A stretch of DNA of 32,000 nucleotides from Candidatus Fokinia solitaria (GTDB taxonomy: Bacteria; Pseudomonadota; Alphaproteobacteria; Rickettsiales; Midichloriaceae). The notes beneath the pieces are model-generated. The model made no database searches. It was given only the letters and a program-made list of their open reading frames with translations, and was not told the origin of the DNA. Positions within the stretch are counted from its first letter, which is position 1; each line of letters begins with the position of its first letter. Both the position numbers and the translations under genes were made by a program. Below, piece by piece: positions 18,755 through 27,373 of this stretch. Location: contig NZ_CP025989.1 of the NCBI RefSeq assembly GCF_003072485.1, forward strand, positions 690,001-722,000, written 5' to 3'.

Positions 18755-19477
18755 CTACCTCTTACATTTCTCTTTATATACTGAACTTTTACCCCTCACA
18801 TGAAGAAAATCGTGAGATATCTTACAACAATTACGATTTTTCATAGAATAATAAAGTGACTTTGTAATAATCAAATGATCGAATAATTTAATATTTGCTC
18901 TTCTTAAATGCTCTTCTATCACATTGGTAACTTCTATATCAGCTGATGAAGGATAAGGATTCTCGCTTACATGATTATGCACTACTATTAATGACGAAGC
19001 TTTCTTCCATGCTGCTAATTTAGCAAGTTCTTTCGGGTACACTGGTACTCTATCTGTTGTACCGATACCTACTACATCTTCGTCAATAATGATATTTTTC
19101 GCATCTAAATGAAAGATATACATACTTTCTCTAGGTGCAAACGACATAGTAATCCTGCAATACTCTACTAGCTGATTAATGTCCTTAGAAACATATAAGC
19201 CTATTAATCCTTTAGGCGAAATGAATCTGAAGAACACATTAGATAGCAGTGACATAAAAAATTCTACTTTTTCATTGATCTCGCCACGATACGGGAGATA
19301 GTAGCCGTGAACTATACTGGTGAGATTATCAAAATATGAAAGAAGCTGCTTTGCTATCACCTCCCCTTGATCTCTCCTTGCTACGTACTTACACACATAT
19401 GCGAGAAGTTCTACATCTGTCATTGAAGAGAAATACGCTTTCAAATCTATTTGAGAATCTTTTTTCCGAATCATCAC
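18755..19477 (-). CDS. radC: RadC/JAB-domain protein
   Basis: 240 aa. ASSLIVVHNHVSENPYPSSADIEVTNVIEEHLRRANIKLFDHLIITKSLYYSM matches the RadC MPN/JAB motif (HxH...S..D). Confidence 0.9.
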   Translation of the reverse strand: MMIRKKDSQIDLKAYFSSMTDVELLAYVCKYVARRDQGEVIAKQLLSYFDNLTSIVHGYYLPYRGEINEKVEFFMSLLSNVFFRFISPKGLIGLYVSKDINQLVEYCRITMSFAPRESMYIFHLDAKNIIIDEDVVGIGTTDRVPVYPKELAKLAAWKKASSLIVVHNHVSENPYPSSADIEVTNVIEEHLRRANIKLFDHLIITKSLYYSMKNRNCCKISHDFLHVRGKSSVYKEKCKR

Positions 19478-19522
19478 TCATAAACAATTTACTCTCAATG
19501 ACAATATCGCAACTAAGAAAAG

Positions 19523-20800
19523 CTAAAATTTATAAGATAACTCAATTATACCATACAGTGATGTACTTCCGGATTTACTTATCGATGAAGGGGTGATTAC
19601 ATATGTTCTATCCGTCGATGATTTGGAAGCATTAAAAGTACCATATTGTGAACACTCTCTCACGACATCATTCTTCAATGTTGCATCTAATATTCCGCTA
19701 TTTTGAAAATTCTGCTCTATTTTAGCGCCAAAACTGACAATCACATTTCCATCAGTAATACGAATACCAGCTACTGCCGCTCCATACATTCCTGATACAT
19801 CATCTGCGGTAACTTTTCCTCGAATACGATAGCCCTCACTCTCTTCACAATCTCCTCTATCGATTATCCTTACGCTGGAACTCGACACATCAATAACATC
19901 TTTTAGAGAAGTATAGCTCATAATAGACCATCCTAACTGCCCTTCAACATATGGTATGATGTGAACATCACTCTCCGTGCTTAGCGGTAGCATAAGCAAT
20001 TTTGAACTTACGCCGAACATCATACCTCTTCCACTTAAGATATCTCCTGCAACAAATTTACTACCTAAAAATGCCCCCACAAGTACAGCAAATGTTTTAG
20101 ATTTCTGCACTTCTCTGCTAAGCGATAAGGTAAGATTATACAACGAAGCACCAACAACTCTATTTCTCTCTACAGTAGAGTTATCTATCAATTGCAATGA
20201 GTGTCCTATATTTCTGCCTATATCGATACCTATACCGATCTCATTTTTACACTCTACATCTTTGGAAGAACGCACTTCTCTCGATACTCCAGCATCTAAA
20301 GTTTTATTCGAATTGCTTATAGTTAAAGCATTATTACGATTATCTGTCGTAAATTTTGCCGCCGAATGACTAGCAACAACTACAGGAGTGCTATATTTTG
20401 CGATAGCTGCAGTAGATGCTTTTCTTAGCACAATAGCGCTATTCGAGATAGTGCTAGAAGGCTTCTTCTTAGCAGAGTGAATCTTTTTCTTATATATTTT
20501 CTTCATACGCTTTATCCTCGAAACAACTGCCACTTTCTTCTTGGCAATCTTTTTACGCTTAGTAGTTACAGATTTTTTTGTCGATTTCCTTATGGATTGC
20601 GTAGAGGAATATACATTAGTGAAAGTAGTAGAAGATCCTGTAAGATCTGCTTCTCCAGCACATACTTTATCATCGACTACGATATCATCTATATTACTTG
20701 CTGAGGCTACTTTTGCACCAGGATTTGCGTAAGCTACTTCCTCACGTACTTTAGGAATCAAAATAAATAATGATATCAATATTAAATAATATACTCTCAT
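19523..20800 (-). CDS. Putative outer-membrane beta-barrel protein with Lys-rich N-terminal linker
   Basis: 425 aa. Signal peptide, Lys/Arg-rich segment (residues ~71-113), C-terminal half with alternating polar/hydrophobic strands, and terminal SLYGIIELSYKF ending in Phe. Confidence 0.6.
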   Translation of the reverse strand: MRVYYLILISLFILIPKVREEVAYANPGAKVASASNIDDIVVDDKVCAGEADLTGSSTTFTNVYSSTQSIRKSTKKSVTTKRKKIAKKKVAVVSRIKRMKKIYKKKIHSAKKKPSSTISNSAIVLRKASTAAIAKYSTPVVVASHSAAKFTTDNRNNALTISNSNKTLDAGVSREVRSSKDVECKNEIGIGIDIGRNIGHSLQLIDNSTVERNRVVGASLYNLTLSLSREVQKSKTFAVLVGAFLGSKFVAGDILSGRGMMFGVSSKLLMLPLSTESDVHIIPYVEGQLGWSIMSYTSLKDVIDVSSSSVRIIDRGDCEESEGYRIRGKVTADDVSGMYGAAVAGIRITDGNVIVSFGAKIEQNFQNSGILDATLKNDVVRECSQYGTFNASKSSTDRTYVITPSSISKSGSTSLYGIIELSYKF

Positions 20801-20894
20801 GGCACCACCGCACTATTTATAGAAGCACTTTGCATGCTTACTTAACAGAAAAAGCACATTTTGTAAACGCTGTACTTTTTACATAATTAGCAAT

Positions 20895-21593
20895 CTACTT
20901 ATCATTTTTCTCTGCTTTCGCACTGTATTTGACGACATAAGCCGCTTTCAAAGCCGCATACTCATCAAGAGAGATATCATTAATCTCTTGAAGCAAATCT
21001 AAATTCTCATCAATTGCTACTATTATTTCACCAGAAGAAATCGCAATTAATGCACCAATTGGAAGTACGAAATTTAACGGATCTAATATAAGATCCATTG
21101 CAAGCGCAAACGTATCTCTCGAGCAAGATGGACCAAAAAGAGGTAGCATATTGTAATTTCCTGCACGAATACCCCATTTGGTAAACGTGACGGAAAATCC
21201 ATTTTTAATCTCCGCAATACCAATCTTTGAAGCAACATCGATAGTACCTAGCAATCCCGCTGTAGTATTAAACATGAATCGACACATACTTTGCGCAGCC
21301 GCTCTTGGATCGCCCTGTAATAATCCGTTCAAAGCGTATAATGGCTCTCTCAGATTATAAAAGAAGTTGTGTATAAAATTTCTATGATATTGCTTATGAT
21401 TGCCTCTTATTGCCTTCGCAATCGGGAAAAGGACTTTATCACCTAATACGGCATTGAATGCCATAGTATTTCTGTGCGTACTTTCGCATACATCATTCAG
21501 CTCACGATACGTATTTTCCGCTGCAAAAATATCATGCGATATCGCAATGCAATGCCATAAAAAAATGAGTGAAATAACAATTTTACCTAACAT
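20895..21593 (-). CDS. mlaA: MlaA (VacJ) family phospholipid-transport protein
   Basis: FNAVLGDKVLFPIAKAIRGNHKQYHRNFIHNFFYNLREPLYALNGLLQGDPRAAAQSMCRFMFNTTAGLLGTIDVASKIG...GNYNMLPLFGPSCSRDTFALAMD. The internal Met at 21593 opens a signal peptide (MLGKIVISLIFLWHCIAISHDIFAA); the upstream 80 aa of the ORF are probably not translated. Confidence 0.9.
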   Translation of the reverse strand: MLGKIVISLIFLWHCIAISHDIFAAENTYRELNDVCESTHRNTMAFNAVLGDKVLFPIAKAIRGNHKQYHRNFIHNFFYNLREPLYALNGLLQGDPRAAAQSMCRFMFNTTAGLLGTIDVASKIGIAEIKNGFSVTFTKWGIRAGNYNMLPLFGPSCSRDTFALAMDLILDPLNFVLPIGALIAISSGEIIVAIDENLDLLQEINDISLDEYAALKAAYVVKYSAKAEKNDK

Positions 21594-21675
21594 TCGAATA
21601 TTTGACTTTCTAAAAGTGTATCCATAGAATTGTAGTGCTACTTGCACCGGTAAGATAGATCTTAAGGAAACGTCA

Positions 21676-22323
21676 ATGCAAAACAAAGAACAAAACGCAC
21701 CTACATGGTATAAAGAATCATACGAAATAGCCATTGTGCAACGTAATGTTTTAGCAGTACTAGTTGTGTTATGCTTACTTGGATTAATAGCTTCCGCGCT
21801 TTTAATAAAACATATCAAGAATACAGAATCCATAGAGCCATTTGTCGTAGAAATCGATAGTATTACTGGTATTCCTACAGTCGTAAAATCTGTTCCAGTT
21901 GAAGAATATTCAACAAGTGTCGCAATGAAGAGAGCATTAGTAATGCAATATATCAGAGCAAGAGAGGAGTATATTCCTCAAACATTCAGATATCAGTACA
22001 AAATCGTAGTACCATCAATGTCATCTCCCGATTCTTACGATAGCTATGTGACAAAAAATACTCCTTCTAATCCTCAAAGTCCATCTGCAGTATATGGAGA
22101 AAAGGGGATTATTACGGTAGATTGGAAATCTATAGTATTTTTAAATGATAACACCGCACAGGTAAGAATAAATGTGAATTATCCTGGTAAAACGCCTGTA
22201 GGGAAATTGGTACTGGTAGCATTTGAATTTAAGAACAATAGACCACTTTCAGCAGAACAAGCCCTTGCTAATCCATTGAATTTTTACGTCACTCTCTATA
22301 GAGTCACTGACGAAAATGCATAG
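21676..22323 (+). CDS. virB8: Type IV secretion protein VirB8
   Basis: 215 aa. N-terminal TM (VLAVLVVLCLLGLIASALLI), IEPFVVEIDSITGIPTVV, MQYIRAREEYIPQTFRYQYKIVVPSMSSPDSYDSY, VGKLVLVAFEFKNNRPLSAEQALANPLNFYVTLYRV. Confidence 0.93.
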   Translation: MQNKEQNAPTWYKESYEIAIVQRNVLAVLVVLCLLGLIASALLIKHIKNTESIEPFVVEIDSITGIPTVVKSVPVEEYSTSVAMKRALVMQYIRAREEYIPQTFRYQYKIVVPSMSSPDSYDSYVTKNTPSNPQSPSAVYGEKGIITVDWKSIVFLNDNTAQVRINVNYPGKTPVGKLVLVAFEFKNNRPLSAEQALANPLNFYVTLYRVTDENA

Positions 22324-22332
22324 CTTAACAGA

Positions 22333-23238
22333 ATGTCACCTTCTACTTCTGAAAAGAGCAAAAAACCGGATTGGATCAGAGTAAAAGCACCAAGTGCGCA
22401 CTTTGACGCTACACATGATATTGTACAGCGCCACTCTCTTCATACTGTATGCGAAGAAGCATCATGCCCTAATATAGGTGAATGCTGGAGTAAAAAGCAC
22501 GCAACTTTTATTGTAATGGGAGATACGTGCACACGCTCATGCGCATTTTGTAACGTCAAAACAGGAAAACCGCAAAAATTAGATTCTACAGAACCATTTA
22601 GAGTAGCCAAAGCAGTTCAAGAAATGGCACTAAAACATGTAGTCATCACCTCTGTAGACAGAGATGATCTAAAAGATGGTGGCGCTTCTCATTTTTCTCA
22701 ATGCATCAAACTTATAAGAGAGTATTCTCCACATACAACAATAGAAGTACTTACTCCGGATTTCAGAAATAAGAACGATGCGCTCCACATTATAGCATCT
22801 GCAAAACCTGATGTGTTTAATCACAACTTAGAAACAGTACCAAGCAAATACATTGCAATCAGACCAGGTGCAAGATACTTCCACTCTTTGCAATTACTCT
22901 TTCAAATGAAGCAACTCGTACCAGATATTTTTACTAAATCTGGCATTATGCTTGGACTTGGCGAAACAAAAATTGAAGTCATACAGCTTATGGATGATCT
23001 AATCGCCGCTAAAGTAGATTTTATCACTATAGGACAATACTTACGCCCTTCTCCAAAGCACGTAGAAGTTTCAGAATATATCACACCTGCCGTTTTTGAT
23101 GAGTACAAAACAATAGCACTGAGTAAAGGCTTTCTAATGGTAGCTTCAAGCCCGTTAACTAGATCCTCTTTTCACGCTGAAGAAGATTTTTTACAACTAA
23201 AGCGAAATAAAATCCTATCTTCACAGTCATTTAAATGA
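22333..23238 (+). CDS. lipA: Lipoyl synthase
   Basis: [23 protein letters not shown] and C-terminal RSSFHAEE motifs. Confidence 0.97.
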   Translation: MSPSTSEKSKKPDWIRVKAPSAHFDATHDIVQRHSLHTVCEEASCPNIGECWSKKHATFIVMGDTCTRSCAFCNVKTGKPQKLDSTEPFRVAKAVQEMALKHVVITSVDRDDLKDGGASHFSQCIKLIREYSPHTTIEVLTPDFRNKNDALHIIASAKPDVFNHNLETVPSKYIAIRPGARYFHSLQLLFQMKQLVPDIFTKSGIMLGLGETKIEVIQLMDDLIAAKVDFITIGQYLRPSPKHVEVSEYITPAVFDEYKTIALSKGFLMVASSPLTRSSFHAEEDFLQLKRNKILSSQSFK

Positions 23239-23333
23239 AAGGTATAATGTACTTTTTCTTGTGCTGTTTTTATGCTATAGATTGTGAACTGTATCGGCAG
23301 TTTTTAACAGATTATCACCGCTGTATGAGTAGA

Positions 23334-24011
23334 ATGAAGTTTATGCTTATAATGCTTTTATGCATGCCTCTTTTCCTCAATAGCGCACACAGCATAAACG
23401 AAAATAATATATCATTCGGTTTTGGTGCAAGCGTAGGTACAATTGAACAAATAAGATTACGTACTTCAGAAAAAGCAGGTAGTATCGGCGCTGCTGAATC
23501 ACTAAAAGGAGAATTTCCATATTATCTCGAATGTAGCTATGGTAGAAGTCTTTCAGACATCGCGCGTATAGGAGTTGATGTAATTTTCTCCAATATACCA
23601 ATACAGAAAATCGCTTCTCTCGAACCAATTTTGCAGTGCTACGGTATTATGGCCGCAACAAAGCTTTTCATACCATCATCTATGCGAGTAGTGCCATATT
23701 TGAACATTGGCATAGGATATGGATGGTATAGCAGCAAGACAAGTGACGATTTATTCTCTGAAGAGATGGAGATTTATCTTATGCGCGAGTACAAAAATGT
23801 ACGGTACAATCTTTTCAATGATATAGAGAGAAACGGCTTGTTATGGAAATTAGGCGCCGGCACAGAGTATAGATTAAATTCAAATTTATCATTATTCTTA
23901 CAAACAGAAGTATTACGCCAGCCAAGTCTTACGCCTGCCGGTTCATTCGGTAATAAAGCAGCAATAAGATGGAGAGGTGTTCTATTTGGAGGAGTGTCAA
24001 TGAATTTTTAA
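23334..24011 (+). CDS. Putative outer-membrane beta-barrel surface protein
   Basis: Start at the internal Met (MKFMLIMLLCMPLFLNSAHS signal peptide) is preferred over ORF start 23235. Glycine/aromatic strand pattern (VPYLNIGIGYGWY, WKLGAGTEYRL, RGVLFGGVSMNF) with terminal Phe. Confidence 0.65.
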   Translation: MKFMLIMLLCMPLFLNSAHSINENNISFGFGASVGTIEQIRLRTSEKAGSIGAAESLKGEFPYYLECSYGRSLSDIARIGVDVIFSNIPIQKIASLEPILQCYGIMAATKLFIPSSMRVVPYLNIGIGYGWYSSKTSDDLFSEEMEIYLMREYKNVRYNLFNDIERNGLLWKLGAGTEYRLNSNLSLFLQTEVLRQPSLTPAGSFGNKAAIRWRGVLFGGVSMNF

Positions 24012-24021
24012 TATAATACGT

Positions 24022-25419
24022 ATGACTAAGAATAAAAATATTATCAAAATTCTGATAGGCGTATTCTTCACCGTCTTTCTAGGTTATAGACACATTATAA
24101 GATATTCAGTAGGAGTACTAGGTACTATCATAGGACGTTATATACCGATAAAATATCGCAGTGCACTATCGCATAACAGCAAATATCTCAGAATCCTTAT
24201 TACCGTATTCTTAAGCTGTTTTTATGGCTATCAATACGTTATAAGAATACTACCAGCAATTTTGATAAATTACTTTCCAGCAAGATATCATGTCAGCCCT
24301 CATGAATTTGGACTTTTCGCAAGTATTTATTATATCGCATATTCCACCGCACACATTCCTGTTGGATTAGCATTAGATAGATTTGGACTAAGAAATGTAA
24401 TTTTTCTATCTGTATTCTTATTGTCATCTAGCTTGATACTGTGCATTGTATGCGACACATGGTATGCGGTAATCTTTTCGAGAGTGATAGCTGGTATAGT
24501 ATCATCTGCTGCCATTCTTGGCTGTTTTAAAGCATTATCAACAATGTTCTCGCCACAAGTATTCAACTTCAGTCTTGGCATTGCTGTGTCTATAGGATTA
24601 GCTTTAGCCGCTATTGGTAATGTGTTAGTGAATAACATGTTTTTAGCACGAGGATTTGATGCATTATTCATACATCTTTCACTCATCGGCTTAGGACTGA
24701 CATTGATCATTTTCTTATTAATACCAAATGCTAAAAACTTCTCACTAATTTCGTATCATCATCAAAAGAGTGATGCGAAAATTACTTTTTCTGCGATCTG
24801 GTCTATCTTTAAGAATAAGCAAATAATCACTTTATTCTTAATAAATGGTGCAATGATAGGCGTAATGGAGGGATTTATGGATGCTTGGGGTAGCACATTT
24901 TTGCAAGAGAAAATAGGCATTTCCGCATTAGAAGCTTCTTACGTAGCGACAGTGATTTTGTCGGGACATGCTATCGGTGCTCCTATAATAGGGTATTTAA
25001 GCAGTAGATACATAGGATGCATACCATTAATCAGATATTGCGGTGTCGCTCTGCTAACGCTTCTTGTGTTCTTTGCTACAGTCTCTTCTGATGTGTTACA
25101 ATACAGCATACTAGAGATAAGAAGTTGTTACATCGCATTATTCATCATGGGTATCGCAACTGCTTACCAAATACCGCTGATCGCCGCTACTATCGCGTTA
25201 GCAGATCCTAAAGTAAGCGGCCTTACTGGCGCTCTTTGCAATATGGTAGGAATGGCATTCGGCAGTCTTTTTCATCATACTATACCATTCATTAACTCAC
25301 TGTGCGATAAAAAGATGGAAGGTGCACTGTACACACTACTTTGCGGTACAATCTTCGGATTGCTAGGCACTTTTTATCCAAAATGGACTCAGAAGCTTAC
25401 AAAAATTTCAAATCATTAA
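24022..25419 (+). CDS. Major facilitator superfamily transporter
   Basis: 465 aa, about 12 or more TM segments, MFS loop motif GLALDRFGLRN, PIIGYLSSRYIG. Confidence 0.88.
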   Translation: MTKNKNIIKILIGVFFTVFLGYRHIIRYSVGVLGTIIGRYIPIKYRSALSHNSKYLRILITVFLSCFYGYQYVIRILPAILINYFPARYHVSPHEFGLFASIYYIAYSTAHIPVGLALDRFGLRNVIFLSVFLLSSSLILCIVCDTWYAVIFSRVIAGIVSSAAILGCFKALSTMFSPQVFNFSLGIAVSIGLALAAIGNVLVNNMFLARGFDALFIHLSLIGLGLTLIIFLLIPNAKNFSLISYHHQKSDAKITFSAIWSIFKNKQIITLFLINGAMIGVMEGFMDAWGSTFLQEKIGISALEASYVATVILSGHAIGAPIIGYLSSRYIGCIPLIRYCGVALLTLLVFFATVSSDVLQYSILEIRSCYIALFIMGIATAYQIPLIAATIALADPKVSGLTGALCNMVGMAFGSLFHHTIPFINSLCDKKMEGALYTLLCGTIFGLLGTFYPKWTQKLTKISNH

Positions 25420-25532
25420 TGAATTTATAATGCTTAGGTATTTTATTATGAATATACTGACTCACTTTATTGCAAATACCTATCTCTCAATATAGTATTA
25501 CACCACCTTTATGTGATGTAGTTACCTATAGC

Positions 25533-25706
25533 ATGGCTGTACCTAAGAGAAAAACTTCTCCTTCTAAGAGAGGCACAAGAAGAGCGCATAATGCACTCAA
25601 AGCACTAAATATAGTGATAGATCCAAAGACAGGAAAACATCACCTCCCTCATATGATGTCTGACGACGGTTTATATAGAGGACGTAGTATACTAAAAAAG
25701 TCCTAG
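25533..25706 (+). CDS. rpmF: 50S ribosomal protein bL32
   Basis: MAVPKRKTSPSKRGTRRAHNALKALNIVIDPKTGKHHLPHMMSDDGLYRGRSIL. The start is the internal ATG at 25533. Confidence 0.96.
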   Translation: MAVPKRKTSPSKRGTRRAHNALKALNIVIDPKTGKHHLPHMMSDDGLYRGRSILKKS

Positions 25707-25727
25707 TTATAATTATAACTTGGATGT

Positions 25728-26561
25728 ATGAAACATAGTGCAGTTAATGCACTTGATGAAGTACTTGGTCAGCGATTTGATGTACTAGACAAAGGCTTCA
25801 TAAGAGTGATCGATTACATGGGTGACGATAGTGCAGTTGTTCAAGCTGCTAGAGTTTCTTATGGAAAAGGCACAAAGAAGGTGCTAGAGGATCGAGGTCT
25901 CATCAGATATCTGATGAGAAATCGCCACACCACGCCGTTCGAAATGTGCGAAATAAAATTGCATATAAAACTTCCAATATTTATAGCTAGACAGTGGATG
26001 AGACATCGAACTGGTAGTTTCAATGAGTATTCTGCGAGATATTCAATACTTGATTCTGACATGTATACTCCGGATGATTCTACACCATGTTTGCAATCAT
26101 CATCCAATAAGCAAGGGCGTGATACAACTGTAGATACCACCTTAGGCAAACAAATTAGCAGTTCTATTCAGAAAAATAATGAGACAGCATATCTACTATA
26201 TGAAGAGTTGCTTGCAAATGGAGTAGCAAAAGAAATAGCAAGAATTGTACTACCTCTAAATTGTTATACGCAATTTTACTGGAAAGTTAACCTTAATAAT
26301 CTGATGCATTTCATAAAACTGCGTCTTGATAGACATGCACAGTATGAGATAAGGCAGTATGCTAAGATACTGTACGATATCCTAAAAATTTGGGTACCAA
26401 CGTCGTTAGAAGCATTTAACGATTATCTGCTGAATGGTATGTACCTTTCCGAAAAAGTAATGACGATATTGAAACGCAAAATAAAAGGAGAAAATATACA
26501 ATACGAAGATTCAGGATTATCTAAACAAGAATGGGCTATCATAGAAGATTGTTTTATTTAA
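25728..26561 (+). CDS. thyX: Flavin-dependent thymidylate synthase ThyX
   Basis: 277 aa with the ThyX signature RHRTGSFNEYSARY and a C-terminal RLDRHAQYEIRQYA segment. Confidence 0.96.
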   Translation: MKHSAVNALDEVLGQRFDVLDKGFIRVIDYMGDDSAVVQAARVSYGKGTKKVLEDRGLIRYLMRNRHTTPFEMCEIKLHIKLPIFIARQWMRHRTGSFNEYSARYSILDSDMYTPDDSTPCLQSSSNKQGRDTTVDTTLGKQISSSIQKNNETAYLLYEELLANGVAKEIARIVLPLNCYTQFYWKVNLNNLMHFIKLRLDRHAQYEIRQYAKILYDILKIWVPTSLEAFNDYLLNGMYLSEKVMTILKRKIKGENIQYEDSGLSKQEWAIIEDCFI

Positions 26562-26574
26562 ACATCATTGAATA

Positions 26575-27270
26575 ATGATCAGAGATTTTTTCGTAATCGC
26601 CAACTGGAAAATGAGTGGCTCATTGCTATTCATACAACAGATGAACACATTTATTGCATCATGGCAAGAAATAAAGGACGTCGCGTTTCGTAAAAATTCC
26701 GTACGCATTAAGATTGTAATATGTCCTCCACATCCCTATATCTCATCACTACATGATGTTATTACATCACTCGATTCAGATCTGCTTTACTTGGGTGCGC
26801 AAGATTGTAGCAAGTATGAGAATGGCTCTTATACAGGAGAAGTAAGCGCTAAAGCGCTGAAAGAATTTGGATGCTCATATGTAATACTTGGCCATCAAGA
26901 AAGAAGGCAAATGCATGAAAATCATGATATCATTACACAGAAAATTGAAGTAGCCAAGAAATATGATATCGTAACAATACAATGCGTAAATGATCACGAC
27001 ATACAAGACAAAGTTGCTTTATCTGGCGATATAATAGCATATGAGCCTGCACAACATATTGGTGCTACAGAATGCGAATCTATGGATAAAATATCATCAA
27101 TTACGCAATTAGTAAAAAGTACCGAAAAGCGCAAAGTAATATACGGAGGCGCCGTCAACTCTGATAATGTGCATCTCTTATACCAAATCACTGAATTAGA
27201 TGGCATACTCGTCGGAAGAAGTAGCCTCGATTATACAGAATTCACGAGGCTGCTATATAACGTAGCATAA
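26575..27270 (+). CDS. tpiA: Triosephosphate isomerase (divergent)
   Basis: 231 aa. ANWKMSG, VILGHQERRQ, IIAYEPAQHIGAT, VIYGGAVNSDNV, DGILVGRSSL. Confidence 0.88.
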   Translation: MIRDFFVIANWKMSGSLLFIQQMNTFIASWQEIKDVAFRKNSVRIKIVICPPHPYISSLHDVITSLDSDLLYLGAQDCSKYENGSYTGEVSAKALKEFGCSYVILGHQERRQMHENHDIITQKIEVAKKYDIVTIQCVNDHDIQDKVALSGDIIAYEPAQHIGATECESMDKISSITQLVKSTEKRKVIYGGAVNSDNVHLLYQITELDGILVGRSSLDYTEFTRLLYNVA

Positions 27271-27373
27271 TCGTCATACATATAGTTTTCTTCTCATATC
27301 TTCATTTAGCAGAATCTAGATAGTTGCTTTTTGTAATAGTCAAAACACTCTACAAACTTATTAATAAACACAT

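Noticed and set aside
21594-21833. N-terminal 80 aa extension of the mlaA ORF
   Set aside because: It overlaps the start of virB8 on the other strand, and a good signal peptide begins at the internal Met at 21593.
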